Below are positions 52,255 through 61,205 of a stretch of 64,000 nt of DNA, piece by piece. The stretch is taken from assembly GCA_963815095.1 (NCBI GenBank), contig CAWFFH010000003.1:256001-320000 (forward strand), read 5' to 3'. The notes beneath the pieces are model-generated. The model had not been told where the DNA came from, made no database searches, and saw nothing but the letters and a program-made list of their open reading frames with translations. The stretch comes from Candidatus Bathyarchaeota archaeon. GTDB taxonomy: Archaea; Thermoproteota; Bathyarchaeia; Bathyarchaeales; Bathycorpusculaceae. The stretch's first letter is position 1. Every line of letters begins with the position of its first letter. Made by a program: the position numbers and the translations under genes.

Positions 52255-52518
52255 TTAATTTATATTTGATTTGCTTGCGGCAATCAAAATTTTCTCTGTC
52301 AAGAATTCCGAAATATTTTCTAGATTATATCCCGCTTGTCTGTGTTCTGACATGTGGTTGCTTATGGCTATGTTCATGGCTTTCAAATCAGGCACTACCA
52401 AGATTTCGCAGCCGCATACGCATCTTACTATAGGCATACGGTTTTTATGAACAATGACTTTTCTCTCTCGATGTTGGTCTGAATAGAAGTTTATTGCGTG
52501 AATACTGTTTTTTGTCAT
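52255..52518 (-). CDS. Hypothetical protein with CxC...HxxxH zinc motif
   Basis: IVRCVCGCEILVVPDLKAM..AI.NH..EH; start uncertain. Confidence 0.6.
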   Translation of the reverse strand: MTKNSIHAINFYSDQHRERKVIVHKNRMPIVRCVCGCEILVVPDLKAMNIAISNHMSEHRQAGYNLENISEFLTEKILIAASKSNIN

Positions 52519-52679
52519 TCCAAACTCACCTGGTTTAACCGGAGCAACATTACTCTGTAGCATTGCATCTCATATAAGAAGTAGTGATAGGCACGATACT
52601 ATCACAAAAAATAAGGTTAAGCTAGTTTGACGCATACCTTAAATTGAACGCTGAGTAAATTGGATACGGAGCTTTTTTT

Positions 52680-52985
52680 ATGGAACAACAAAAAATTAAT
52701 GGAACAAACTGTTACAATTGTCTCTTTATTTCTAAAAAAGAAGAAAATGTCGACCAAAGCGAACTAAACAATCAAGGCGGAATTGATCCCAAAACACAAG
52801 AAGAAATGCAAAGAGCCCAGAAAGCTGACCTTATAACCTTGCCAGGCGGTCCGAAAACTGACGCATTAAATAAAAAATTTTGCTATAATGACCAGATAAA
52901 AATGTTTGTAACCGTGCGCATGTGCTGTGGATATTGGGATAACGCAGGTGTTAAGAGGCCTTGGAAGAAGCAGGAAAAACAATAA
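52680..52985 (+). CDS. Cys-containing hypothetical protein
   Basis: NCYNC...FC...RMCC.YW. Confidence 0.65.
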   Translation: MEQQKINGTNCYNCLFISKKEENVDQSELNNQGGIDPKTQEEMQRAQKADLITLPGGPKTDALNKKFCYNDQIKMFVTVRMCCGYWDNAGVKRPWKKQEKQ

Positions 52986-53069
52986 TCGGTCGGACGTTCG
53001 AGGCTAATTTTGGTGAGAAAGTTTACACTTTGTTCTATGAAAGTAGGAGTAGGCTAAATCTTAACTGAA

Positions 53070-53267
53070 GTGAAGGGCCCTAACGTTGGGAGAGTTCAAA
53101 ACTTGTCTGTTACTACTGTTGAGTTAAGACCTAATCTTTTCATGGTTAACTGGCAAGAAGACAACAAGCTAACCGTCACCGACGTGGAAGGTGTTGTCTA
53201 CGCTAATATGACCACTCCGAACGATAATTTCGTCTCATTGAAAGGCGATTTGAGAGAAAAAAAGTGA
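53070..53267 (+). pseudogene. Fragment of a MoaF/phenolic-acid-decarboxylase-like beta-barrel protein
   Basis: LRPNLFMVNWQE...TVT.V pattern; N-terminus missing. Confidence 0.45.
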
Positions 53268-53341
53268 AAGGCTCACAGTTAATGCCTAATTTGCACAACG
53301 AAAATGAAGTCCGAATTTACAAACCCAGGGGATGACACTGT

Positions 53342-53590
53342 ACGGACAAAGAAAAAGGACGAGAATTCACTATTCAAGAGCTAAGTATGTTCAATGGAAA
53401 AGACGGCAAGCCCGCATATGCTGCTTACAAAGGTAAAGTCTATGATGTAACCCATTCTTCCCAATGGACAGGAGGGGACCACTTAGGTCATGCGGCGGGC
53501 GAAGATTTAACGGAGGTGATGGACATTGCCCCTCACGCCGACGATGTAATGGAAAGAATGAAAGTTGTCGGTGTTTTGGTTAAGCCCTAA
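53342..53590 (+). CDS. Cytochrome b5-like heme/steroid-binding protein (apparent ACG start)
   Basis: REFTIQELS.FNGKDG.PAY.AY.GKVYDVT....W..G.H..H.AG.DLT......PH. Confidence 0.85.
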   Translation, partial: TDKEKGREFTIQELSMFNGKDGKPAYAAYKGKVYDVTHSSQWTGGDHLGHAAGEDLTEVMDIAPHADDVMERMKVVGVLVKP

Positions 53591-53642
53591 ATGTCTCTAT
53601 TTCTTATCCGGCTCATCTTATCAGCCCGGGTAGCTTTAGCAT

Positions 53643-55937
53643 TCAAGTTTTGTTTTTCTTGAGGGGCAAACGAATGAAGAAAGTTGTTCCTTTGCCTTCT
53701 TGGCTCTCAAAAGAAACGCTACCGCCTAATGCTTCAGTCATACGTTTAATCACTGCTAAGCCGAAGCCTTGACCTTTCGCCTTAGTTGTAAACATTGGAG
53801 TAAACAATTTACCTTTAACAGTTTCAGGAATACCAACGCCTGTATCCTTGACCGTTAAGACCGTGTTGTTTGCTTCTCTGAAGGCATGTATGGTTAGTTT
53901 TCCGCCTTTTGGCATAGCTTGAACAGCATTATTCACTAAATTGTACATGATGCGGTTTATGAAAGTGGAGTCAGCGACAACTTTTCTTGCATCAGTTTCC
54001 ACTTTTACGGTTACTTTGACGTTCTCTGGCAAACCATTCTTTTTCAATAAGTTATCAATTACGCCTTTTAGATCAGTTTCTTCTGCATTTGGCTTTAGAG
54101 GTCTGGCAAAGTCTTGGAGGTCAGCCACAATCTTATTTATGTAGTCAACGTTCTTTTCAATTTCCGATAAGCTTTCTTTGACGCTATTTTTCTCTTCACT
54201 TTCAGGAAGGGCAATTAAATCTGCTTTAGCCAAGAAGATATCTCCAGTTATTGCCTGAAGTGGATTTCGAATATCATGTCCAACCATGCCTGCAGTGGCG
54301 CCTATGGTTGCTAAGCGTTCTGAATCTTTCAATTGCTCTGCCCTTTTATTTGCGAGCTCCTCCATTTGATTAGCGTATTCTTCAAGACGGACAGCAGACT
54401 TCTCCAGCTTAACTTGTAATTGTATCCGGTCGGTAATGTCAACGTTTGATTCCATTATTTCAAATATTTGTCCGTTCGAACCAAGCTTTCCCAACCAATA
54501 ACTCTGAACAATCAACTTGCTTCCATCTTTGCAACTATGAATAATTTCTCCAGACCATTTTCCTTGTTTTCTGAGCTTGTCTTGAATATCTTTAAGCGAT
54601 TTGGGGAATTCTGTTTTCAATAATAAGTTGATATCTTTTCCGATGACTTCTTCTTTTGTCCAACCGTACAGTTTCTCTGCGCCTCTACTCCAGAAAGTAA
54701 TAATGCCATCAAGCTTCCTTACAATTATAGCATCGGGACTAAGATCAATAAGTTCAGCTTGTGTTGCAATAGCTTTCTCTGCCTTCTTGCGTTCAGTTAT
54801 GTTTGTGGCTAAGATGGCAACGTGGTTTGCCGTATCTGCTCTCCAAGCATAAACTTGATAGTAACGATCATGCAGCTGAACATAGTTTTCATAATGAACA
54901 TATTCTCCAGTTTTCGCCACCTTATCATATAATTGATACCAGTAGTCCTCAACCGCTCCAAACGATTCCCGGGTAGTTTTACCTATAATTTGCTCTCTGC
55001 GCCTATCCACCAACTTTGCATAAGCATCGTTTATTTCAAGATAGCGAATGTCAACAGCTAAATTGTTCTTATCGCGAACAATCTCAACAAGACAAAACCC
55101 TTCAGGAATAGAATTGAAAAGCAAACTATAACGTTGCTCACTTTCCCGCATTGCTTCTTCAGCTTTCCTGCGTTCAGCTATTTCTCGCTCCAAGTCATCT
55201 TTGGAGGCAGTTACAGTTTTCAAGTTAGCCGTCATCTGATTAAAGGAACGAGATAATTCATCTATCTCATCATCACTATTAGATCCAACAGAATAGTCAA
55301 GATTGCCTGAACCAACTATTTTTGTTCCATCTTGTAGCCTATTTATAGATCGAAATGTACGCCTAAATACAATGAAATAAATCATCACAAAATACGCTCC
55401 AAACGCTCCTAAAAGGGCAAAAATAAGAATAGTGTTTGTTTGTTTCAGTTGATCAGCTTGACTTGCAAAAGAACTTGATAAAACGGAAGCGTCAAAAGCA
55501 AGTGCTTGATTTTGAACATTCAAACGGGCTGAAGCGGTCTGAAACGCTGGGAAAGCTGATGCGCTCTCATTCGTAGGTACACTCTGAAGAATCATTACTG
55601 AACTATTGAATACTGTTCCTAACCGTTGCAAATCCTCTTTTACAGTTTGGATTTGAGTTATCTGTCCGGGATTGCTTGAAGCTAAATTTGAAATTTCCGC
55701 TTGAAGCGAGGAAAATTGGGATTGCCAAGAGTTTAACTGAGCAGTTTGTTGATAAAGAAAATAATCATTTGCGATATAGGCAAGGCTGCTAGCGCCTGCA
55801 TTAATATTATTAGATGCTTGTTCTTTGCTATTGATCTGGGCTACCTGCTGATTGGTGAAAAAAACCGACATAGAAATGACAAGTAAGACTATACCGAAAA
55901 TAATAATGCTGAGAATCAACTGGCTTTTTAACTTCAA
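53643..55937 (-). CDS. Sensor histidine kinase (TM-HAMP-PAS-PAS-HisKA-HATPase)
   Basis: G.G.LD......DEI..L..SFN.M HAMP; two PAS-like domains; HDIRNPL; G.G.GL. Confidence 0.92.
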   Translation of the reverse strand: MKLKSQLILSIIIFGIVLLVISMSVFFTNQQVAQINSKEQASNNINAGASSLAYIANDYFLYQQTAQLNSWQSQFSSLQAEISNLASSNPGQITQIQTVKEDLQRLGTVFNSSVMILQSVPTNESASAFPAFQTASARLNVQNQALAFDASVLSSSFASQADQLKQTNTILIFALLGAFGAYFVMIYFIVFRRTFRSINRLQDGTKIVGSGNLDYSVGSNSDDEIDELSRSFNQMTANLKTVTASKDDLEREIAERRKAEEAMRESEQRYSLLFNSIPEGFCLVEIVRDKNNLAVDIRYLEINDAYAKLVDRRREQIIGKTTRESFGAVEDYWYQLYDKVAKTGEYVHYENYVQLHDRYYQVYAWRADTANHVAILATNITERKKAEKAIATQAELIDLSPDAIIVRKLDGIITFWSRGAEKLYGWTKEEVIGKDINLLLKTEFPKSLKDIQDKLRKQGKWSGEIIHSCKDGSKLIVQSYWLGKLGSNGQIFEIMESNVDITDRIQLQVKLEKSAVRLEEYANQMEELANKRAEQLKDSERLATIGATAGMVGHDIRNPLQAITGDIFLAKADLIALPESEEKNSVKESLSEIEKNVDYINKIVADLQDFARPLKPNAEETDLKGVIDNLLKKNGLPENVKVTVKVETDARKVVADSTFINRIMYNLVNNAVQAMPKGGKLTIHAFREANNTVLTVKDTGVGIPETVKGKLFTPMFTTKAKGQGFGLAVIKRMTEALGGSVSFESQEGKGTTFFIRLPLKKNKT

Positions 55938-55947
55938 TTTTTTTGCC

Positions 55948-56979
55948 TCAGCTTATAATGTTTACTGCGTCAGGCTTAACTGACTCAAGCCCAGCTTTAT
56001 AGATAAAATTGGAAAAATCTGGAATAGCTGTTGCATTAGTTAAATTGTTTTGTATTAGCCACCGAGATTCATCTTGCATTGCCCCAATTAGAGATTGGTC
56101 AAGCGACAGGGAAAATTGGTGATTGGACCATTTAGCTGACATCGCCGCCGTTGTGATGTTTAGTCTTTTTTGAGCAATTGCTTGGGCCGTTGCGACATGA
56201 TTAACTGAATAATCTTCCGCTTTGCTTAGTGAACTTAGGAATCTACTAACCAAATCGGTATGTTGTTTAATCCACGAATTCCTTGCAGAAACAACTATGT
56301 CTAACAATTGATCGCTCTGCACTGACCAAACTACTGTATCATTTGGTAGCTGGTCTTCAATTTGATTAACGGTTGATCCTGAGACTATCACAGCATCCAC
56401 TGTTCCGTTTACTAATGCAGTCACATATTGAGTTGTTGGAATATTAACTTGGGTTACACTTTGAGGTGCTATATTGTTAAGTTCCAAGAATCTTGAAAGA
56501 TAGAATTGGGGTGCAATTTGGAATGTAAGTCCAATTTTTTTACCGACTAAATCAGGGATCGTTTCAATACCCTTATCCTTTCGACAGACGATTGAAACCG
56601 ATTGTGTCTTATCGATTGTTGTGATGATGTTTAGAGTTCCTTGTTGTAAGACATTGGTGGTTGCAAAGGCGTATTCTGAAGAAATTACTAAGTCAATTTT
56701 ATTGTTTATGGCTGCGTTTAGCGCACTTGTCGCAGATGAGTAGTCTGTTACTGTCAAGTTGATGCCATTTTGAGAAAAGAACCCTTCATCTTGAGCGATA
56801 TAAACAAGTTCTGCGTAAGGTTCATTGCTGCCTGCCAAAAATGTTCCAAAAGAAAGGTTTTCTGTTTTGCCTGAGTAAGTATTCTGCGAATTCAGATAAA
56901 CAAATGAACTTAAAACAATAGCTATGACCAAGATGACGACGGCTACTATGATGAGGCTTCGTTTTTTGGGGATCGTCAT
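55948..56979 (-). CDS. NMT1/SsuA/NrtA-type substrate-binding protein
   Basis: YIAQDEGFF..NG, DL.GKKIG, AL.NG.VDA; directly upstream of the kinase. Confidence 0.85.
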   Translation of the reverse strand: MTIPKKRSLIIVAVVILVIAIVLSSFVYLNSQNTYSGKTENLSFGTFLAGSNEPYAELVYIAQDEGFFSQNGINLTVTDYSSATSALNAAINNKIDLVISSEYAFATTNVLQQGTLNIITTIDKTQSVSIVCRKDKGIETIPDLVGKKIGLTFQIAPQFYLSRFLELNNIAPQSVTQVNIPTTQYVTALVNGTVDAVIVSGSTVNQIEDQLPNDTVVWSVQSDQLLDIVVSARNSWIKQHTDLVSRFLSSLSKAEDYSVNHVATAQAIAQKRLNITTAAMSAKWSNHQFSLSLDQSLIGAMQDESRWLIQNNLTNATAIPDFSNFIYKAGLESVKPDAVNIIS

Positions 56980-57356
56980 GCAATTGAACCTCAGAAGGGT
57001 TAGTTTACTACCAATGGCTCGTTGACTGTAATATAATTATTGGAAAAAGCCTCAAAACTTGTCTATTTTATTATTCGATGAGGTTAAGAGATTCAAAATT
57101 GACAAAACAACTTTTTTGTTTTGGTGCAAGATTCTGCTGCTTTTGGGTTTAAGGACGGCAGCTTCAACTCAGGTAAAAATTAACAAAATATCGTTATCCA
57201 ATAGATTTTAGGTTCAGAACTTTCAGAGGTAGGTTCCGTCAGCCTATGCTTGATATTTTTTACTGGTAAAAAGGTGCTGCCTACGATTTTTTGACAACAC
57301 AAATAGGCATTGGAACCTACTAAGCAATAGGGCTTTTTTAGCTCAAATGTTTTTGA

Positions 57357-58619
57357 TTAAATATTTATGGTTTCATTTTTTTCTGGAATACTAACTTGGG
57401 TTAATTCGGAAACCTTATTGGAAAGCGCTTCCGCCTCTTTTAAATCGCCGTGGACAAGAACTGTCTGTTTAGGCTTCAGATACCGAATTAATTGCACAAG
57501 TTCTAGTTGGTCGGCATGCCCTGAGAGCTCTATTTGGACAATTTTAGCTTGCACCGGAAATCTTTCCCCATCAATCTTTATGTAATGCTTATCTTTTGCT
57601 AGTCTTAAGGGACTATCGGGCGGCAGATAACCTGAAGTCACAATAATCGTGTTTTCCTCAATTTCAGCCCACGCATTAAGTAAATTCAGACTTGCTCCTG
57701 CTTGACCAAACCCTGGTGTGCAAATAACTATGGCTGGCTCTTTGATCTGGGTTGTCCGCTCAACTTCTTGCACATGCTTGTACTCAAATGGCTTTGCTCG
57801 ATTCTGTGTCTGTTGCTTGAATAATGGCGGGTAGCCGTTGAAGATTTTCGTTATTTTATTTGCGAGCTTTGAAATCATGTAAACGTTGCATTTGGGGAGC
57901 ACTCCATTTTCAATGGCTTGGTCTATTCGTTTAGCCATCTCTTGGCTTCGGTGGAACGCGAAAGTTGGAATCAAAACGTTGCCCCTGTGCTTTATTGTAT
58001 AGCTAATCTCTGAGAACAGTTGGTCTATGAGTTCGCTTCGCTTTGGTCTTATTCTTCCTCCGTACGTTGACTCTGAAATAAGGACATCTGGCTGCTGGGG
58101 AAGCAATTGGGAGTTGCAGCCAACAAGGATTTCAGTGTCATGCAAGCAAAAATCGCCTGTGTACAGAAGAGATTTTCCTTCGGCACAAATGCCCGTCATG
58201 GCGGCGCCGGCAACGTGCCCCGCAGAATAAAGTTCAATATTCATATCTGGTAAAGCCAAAGTATCCGTGGGTACCCATGACCCTTTCATTTTATCAACTG
58301 TTTGGTTATCGTAGCCCAAGGGCGTTCCTTCATATTCGTTAACTTTAATCATGTCTTTTAGCAACTCAACCGTTACATCGCGAGTAATTTTTAAGCCCAC
58401 TATAACTTGCTTATTTCTAGATTTCGATAGACGCAGAAGGCTTCCCGAATGATCCAGGTGAGCGTGGCTGACTATTATTGCGTCGAAATTCTTGGGGTAT
58501 TCGTCAGTTGTGCCTTCAAGTTTTATACCGTAATCTAATGCAACCTTGGAGCGATCTGTTGCAACTTCAATACAGGAGCCCCCGACTTCTCTTGCCGCGC
58601 CCAAGACTTTAATTTTCGA
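57357..58619 (-). CDS. MBL/beta-CASP ribonuclease (aCPSF2-like); start codon unclear
   Basis: LGAAREVGGSC, SHAHLDHSG, AGHVAG, YTGD, ESTYG, SGHAD, VHGD. Confidence 0.88.
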   Translation of the reverse strand, partial: SKIKVLGAAREVGGSCIEVATDRSKVALDYGIKLEGTTDEYPKNFDAIIVSHAHLDHSGSLLRLSKSRNKQVIVGLKITRDVTVELLKDMIKVNEYEGTPLGYDNQTVDKMKGSWVPTDTLALPDMNIELYSAGHVAGAAMTGICAEGKSLLYTGDFCLHDTEILVGCNSQLLPQQPDVLISESTYGGRIRPKRSELIDQLFSEISYTIKHRGNVLIPTFAFHRSQEMAKRIDQAIENGVLPKCNVYMISKLANKITKIFNGYPPLFKQQTQNRAKPFEYKHVQEVERTTQIKEPAIVICTPGFGQAGASLNLLNAWAEIEENTIIVTSGYLPPDSPLRLAKDKHYIKIDGERFPVQAKIVQIELSGHADQLELVQLIRYLKPKQTVLVHGDLKEAEALSNKVSELTQVSIPEKNETINI

Positions 58620-58781
58620 CCCTTTATCCCCCTTTAGATTAAGAAGTTGTTAAATGAATTTAGCGCGATCAAATATTAAACTAACCCGGCTAAAAAAACG
58701 CTTTTTTCAGGCGTTTCTTCCATTCTTATAATGGGTTGTTTGACAAACGTTGCACACTAATTACAGTCGTAATTTGATTTT

Positions 58782-58981
58782 TTAGCTTCGTGGAACGACT
58801 ACCAAGAAGAGTTCGGGCGCCATGTCTGTTTTTGTGTATATTGCTAATGCTATGCTCCAGAAGCCGTCGTAGTGTGTACCTTGAGGATATGAGAAGCCGA
58901 TGTTGCCGTCTCTTCGCAGGTAATAGCGTCCACTTCGAGTTCAGTTTCCTCTTGAACTGTCCATCTTTTGCGAGGGGTCAC
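58782..58981 (-). pseudogene. Probable relic of a viral terminase large-subunit C-terminus
   Basis: RYYLRRDGNIGFSYPQGTHYDGFWSIALAIY resembles the terminase G.HDD...ALA motif; frameshifted and truncated. Confidence 0.5.
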
Positions 58982-59157
58982 CGATGATACTCAATTGTTT
59001 GCTCACTCACTTTAGCTTATAAATTATTAGATAAAGACCGAAAGCACAAGAACTGTACAACAAAAAAACCATCGACAAATAACAAAAAGGTCCACCTTGT
59101 GACCCCAATAGGCTACTTAGACGAACTATTCATTAAAGAAATTCTGGAAAAAAATAA

Positions 59158-59307
59158 TTATGAAATCGTCCTTTTAGATTTGGATCTTATGTTCCGCGAT
59201 TCATTATCTTCGTCAATTATTGCTTCGGGATTCTTAGCTTTTCTTTTTAAATAAGCCTCATATTGCTTTGCTGTAAAATCTTTCCTAAACTTATCGTCTT
59301 TGCCCAA
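59158..59307 (-). CDS. 49-aa charged microprotein (not in ORF track)
   Basis: TTG start with AGGTGA RBS; MGKDDKFRKDFTAKQYEAYLKRKAKNPEAIIDEDNESRNIRSKSKRTIS. Confidence 0.55.
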   Translation of the reverse strand: MGKDDKFRKDFTAKQYEAYLKRKAKNPEAIIDEDNESRNIRSKSKRTIS

Positions 59308-59329
59308 ATTTTTTTCACCTACTTTTGGA

Positions 59330-60172
59330 TTAGTGCTTTTCTACTAACAGGGGGATATCATCAGTTTTTTTATGCTTAAGCTTAAGTAGGATTGCAACAG
59401 AGAGCAACGAAATAAACAAGGGCAAAATTGCTAACCATGAAAACTCTGGAACGGAAGGAGTTGGCGTTAGATTTGGTGTGGGCGAGGTTGAAGCAGAAGT
59501 TTCAGGTATAGTAATTGTTTGTGTGTGGCTCCAGTCACTTGACTCACCGGTAAACATTGGTACTTCTCCTCCAAGTAGTGGATGGTCTGGACCGCCCATA
59601 GAAACCCATTCATTATGGTAATATCCAAAAATAGCTTGCACTCTAAAATCCACTTCACCACCAGGCGATACATAACCCATTTGTGGGGATACAGTGTCAG
59701 CGTATCCACCACGAGCGTATCCGCCGTTATCATATGCCCCATAAACAAAATTTCGTACTGAATATTCAGAATTTGAAGCAGGATATGTTTCACCGTAAGA
59801 AGTCGGATAGTAAGTCCAGTTTCCTCCGTAATGAGGTTTTACACTGATATTATAGAACAAACCAATGTTTCTGCCACTTGCATCTTCATACGACGTGAAA
59901 GGTTGGTTATCTATTCGGACTTCTATAGTTTTGTTGATTACGTGGTATCCAGGTTGAGTTTGGGTAGTTGTTTTGCCAGTATAAGGGTCAGTGGTTGAAG
60001 TTGTTTTTGCAGGAACATCATAAGAATGGTCGGCGATCTGTAGAGTGAATTCTGGAACTGATGGTTTTGGTATTGATTGAGCATTTACAGGTTTAACTGT
60101 CAATAAAGTTAGACATGACATAGCGGCAATTAGAGTCAGAAATATTGCGAAAGTCTTGCCAATTTTACCCAT
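59330..60172 (-). CDS. Secreted protein with PEF-CTERM anchor
   Basis: Signal peptide ending NAQS; PKPSVPEFT; VDFRVQA..G; SDWS.TQTITI; VPEFS-TM-KLKHKK. Confidence 0.85.
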   Translation of the reverse strand: MGKIGKTFAIFLTLIAAMSCLTLLTVKPVNAQSIPKPSVPEFTLQIADHSYDVPAKTTSTTDPYTGKTTTQTQPGYHVINKTIEVRIDNQPFTSYEDASGRNIGLFYNISVKPHYGGNWTYYPTSYGETYPASNSEYSVRNFVYGAYDNGGYARGGYADTVSPQMGYVSPGGEVDFRVQAIFGYYHNEWVSMGGPDHPLLGGEVPMFTGESSDWSHTQTITIPETSASTSPTPNLTPTPSVPEFSWLAILPLFISLLSVAILLKLKHKKTDDIPLLVEKH

Positions 60173-60208
60173 GCTTAGTAATATGTACAAAAAGGCGATA
60201 AAAGGCTA

Positions 60209-60254
60209 TTCGTAAACGTTTCTTGACTAAATCCAGTTAAGGTTTCTTGACTAA
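60209..60254. repeat. Two palindromes TTCGTAAA-CGTTTC-TTGACTAA and CCAGTTAA-GGTTTC-TTGACTAA (24 bp apart)
   Basis: Read directly; proximal copy 5 bp from TATA. Confidence 0.85.
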
Positions 60255-60763
60255 CCAATTTCAAAATGTTTCAAAAGAGAATTATGGAGAGTTTGTCCAT
60301 ACTGGCGTTACATTCCAATTAGAAACTAAATTAGGTGTGTAATAATTCGCTTTATGAAGCGGGTTTAACCTTCTTTTCAGGATCTTCGATCCGCGCAAAC
60401 TTTATGCTTAATTCTTCCAATTCAAAACTAAACTCTGATTGATTATTACGTTGTTCTGCCAAATCACACACAACTCCAGACAATCGCATTTGCTACCAAT
60501 TGGAATAAAAGCTGTTTCAACAGAAAACTGTGTAAAAACAGAGCTTGAAAATTTTTAAATCTCAACCATAAAGTTGCTATTTCTACTTTGAATGGTAAAC
60601 AAATCATCTTTCACATAAGAGATGACTCAAAAACTACCTAATTAAGTGGGGTCAGGCTATTTTTAGTTAAATATTGGTAAATATTACATTCAAAATTGTA
60701 TGTTTCAGGTCTTCAATGTAAGACAAATTAAGAACAAAGTGATATATAATTTAGGTAAATATT

Positions 60764-60916
60764 ATGGGTAAACAACACAGACCAGAAGGATCGACAAGCT
60801 CCGCCCAAAGCAAGGGCAGTATGGCAAGAAAAGCAAATGCAGCCAATAGTGCGAGGCAGAAACAAGCCAACGATAATCGTTCAAAACAGAAACAAGCCGA
60901 CAATTCAAAGAAGTAA
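60764..60916 (+). CDS. 50-aa basic hydrophilic microprotein (not in ORF track)
   Basis: ATG preceded by ATATATAA and AGGT; MGKQHRPEGSTSSAQSKGSMARKANAANSARQKQANDNRSKQKQADNSKK. Confidence 0.55.
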   Translation: MGKQHRPEGSTSSAQSKGSMARKANAANSARQKQANDNRSKQKQADNSKK

Positions 60917-61205
60917 AACAATATTTTATACTTCTAAATTAAATTTTAATGAGTAGTCTGTGTATAGTTTTAATGAGACGGTTATGCGTTTTCTGCTAAG
61001 ACTGCTCTTAATTTACATATGCAAAAAGACCATAGGCAATTGATGAAATCCTTAAAAAAAACTCTAACTTGAGAACATAATACGTGATATCTGAATTGCG
61101 GAAAAAAACTAAGTCCACAATTTAATTGACTAGAGCCTTTTTGTAAATTAATGGCAAGTTTTCAATTCTGAGATGGGTTCAAAGAAAAAGAGGTTTATTG
61201 GCTAT

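Noticed and set aside
73-58987. Many short ORF-track entries overlapping longer genes (e.g. 73..483, 14058..14282, 28460..28891, 42428..42793, 51293..51673)
   Set aside because: Alternate-frame or antisense shadows of well-supported genes.
12451-60254. CRISPR interpretation of the recurring palindrome
   Set aside because: Only one or two copies per locus, no regular unique spacers, no cas genes in the window.
60300-60620. Coding-like text in long intergenic stretches (also 47700-48120 and 62840-63050)
   Set aside because: Interrupted by stops in all frames examined, no recognisable family.
61110-61133. TAAGTCCA-N8-TTGACTAG resembling the main palindrome
   Set aside because: Spacer is 8 bp rather than 6 and it is not next to a TATA box; not counted.
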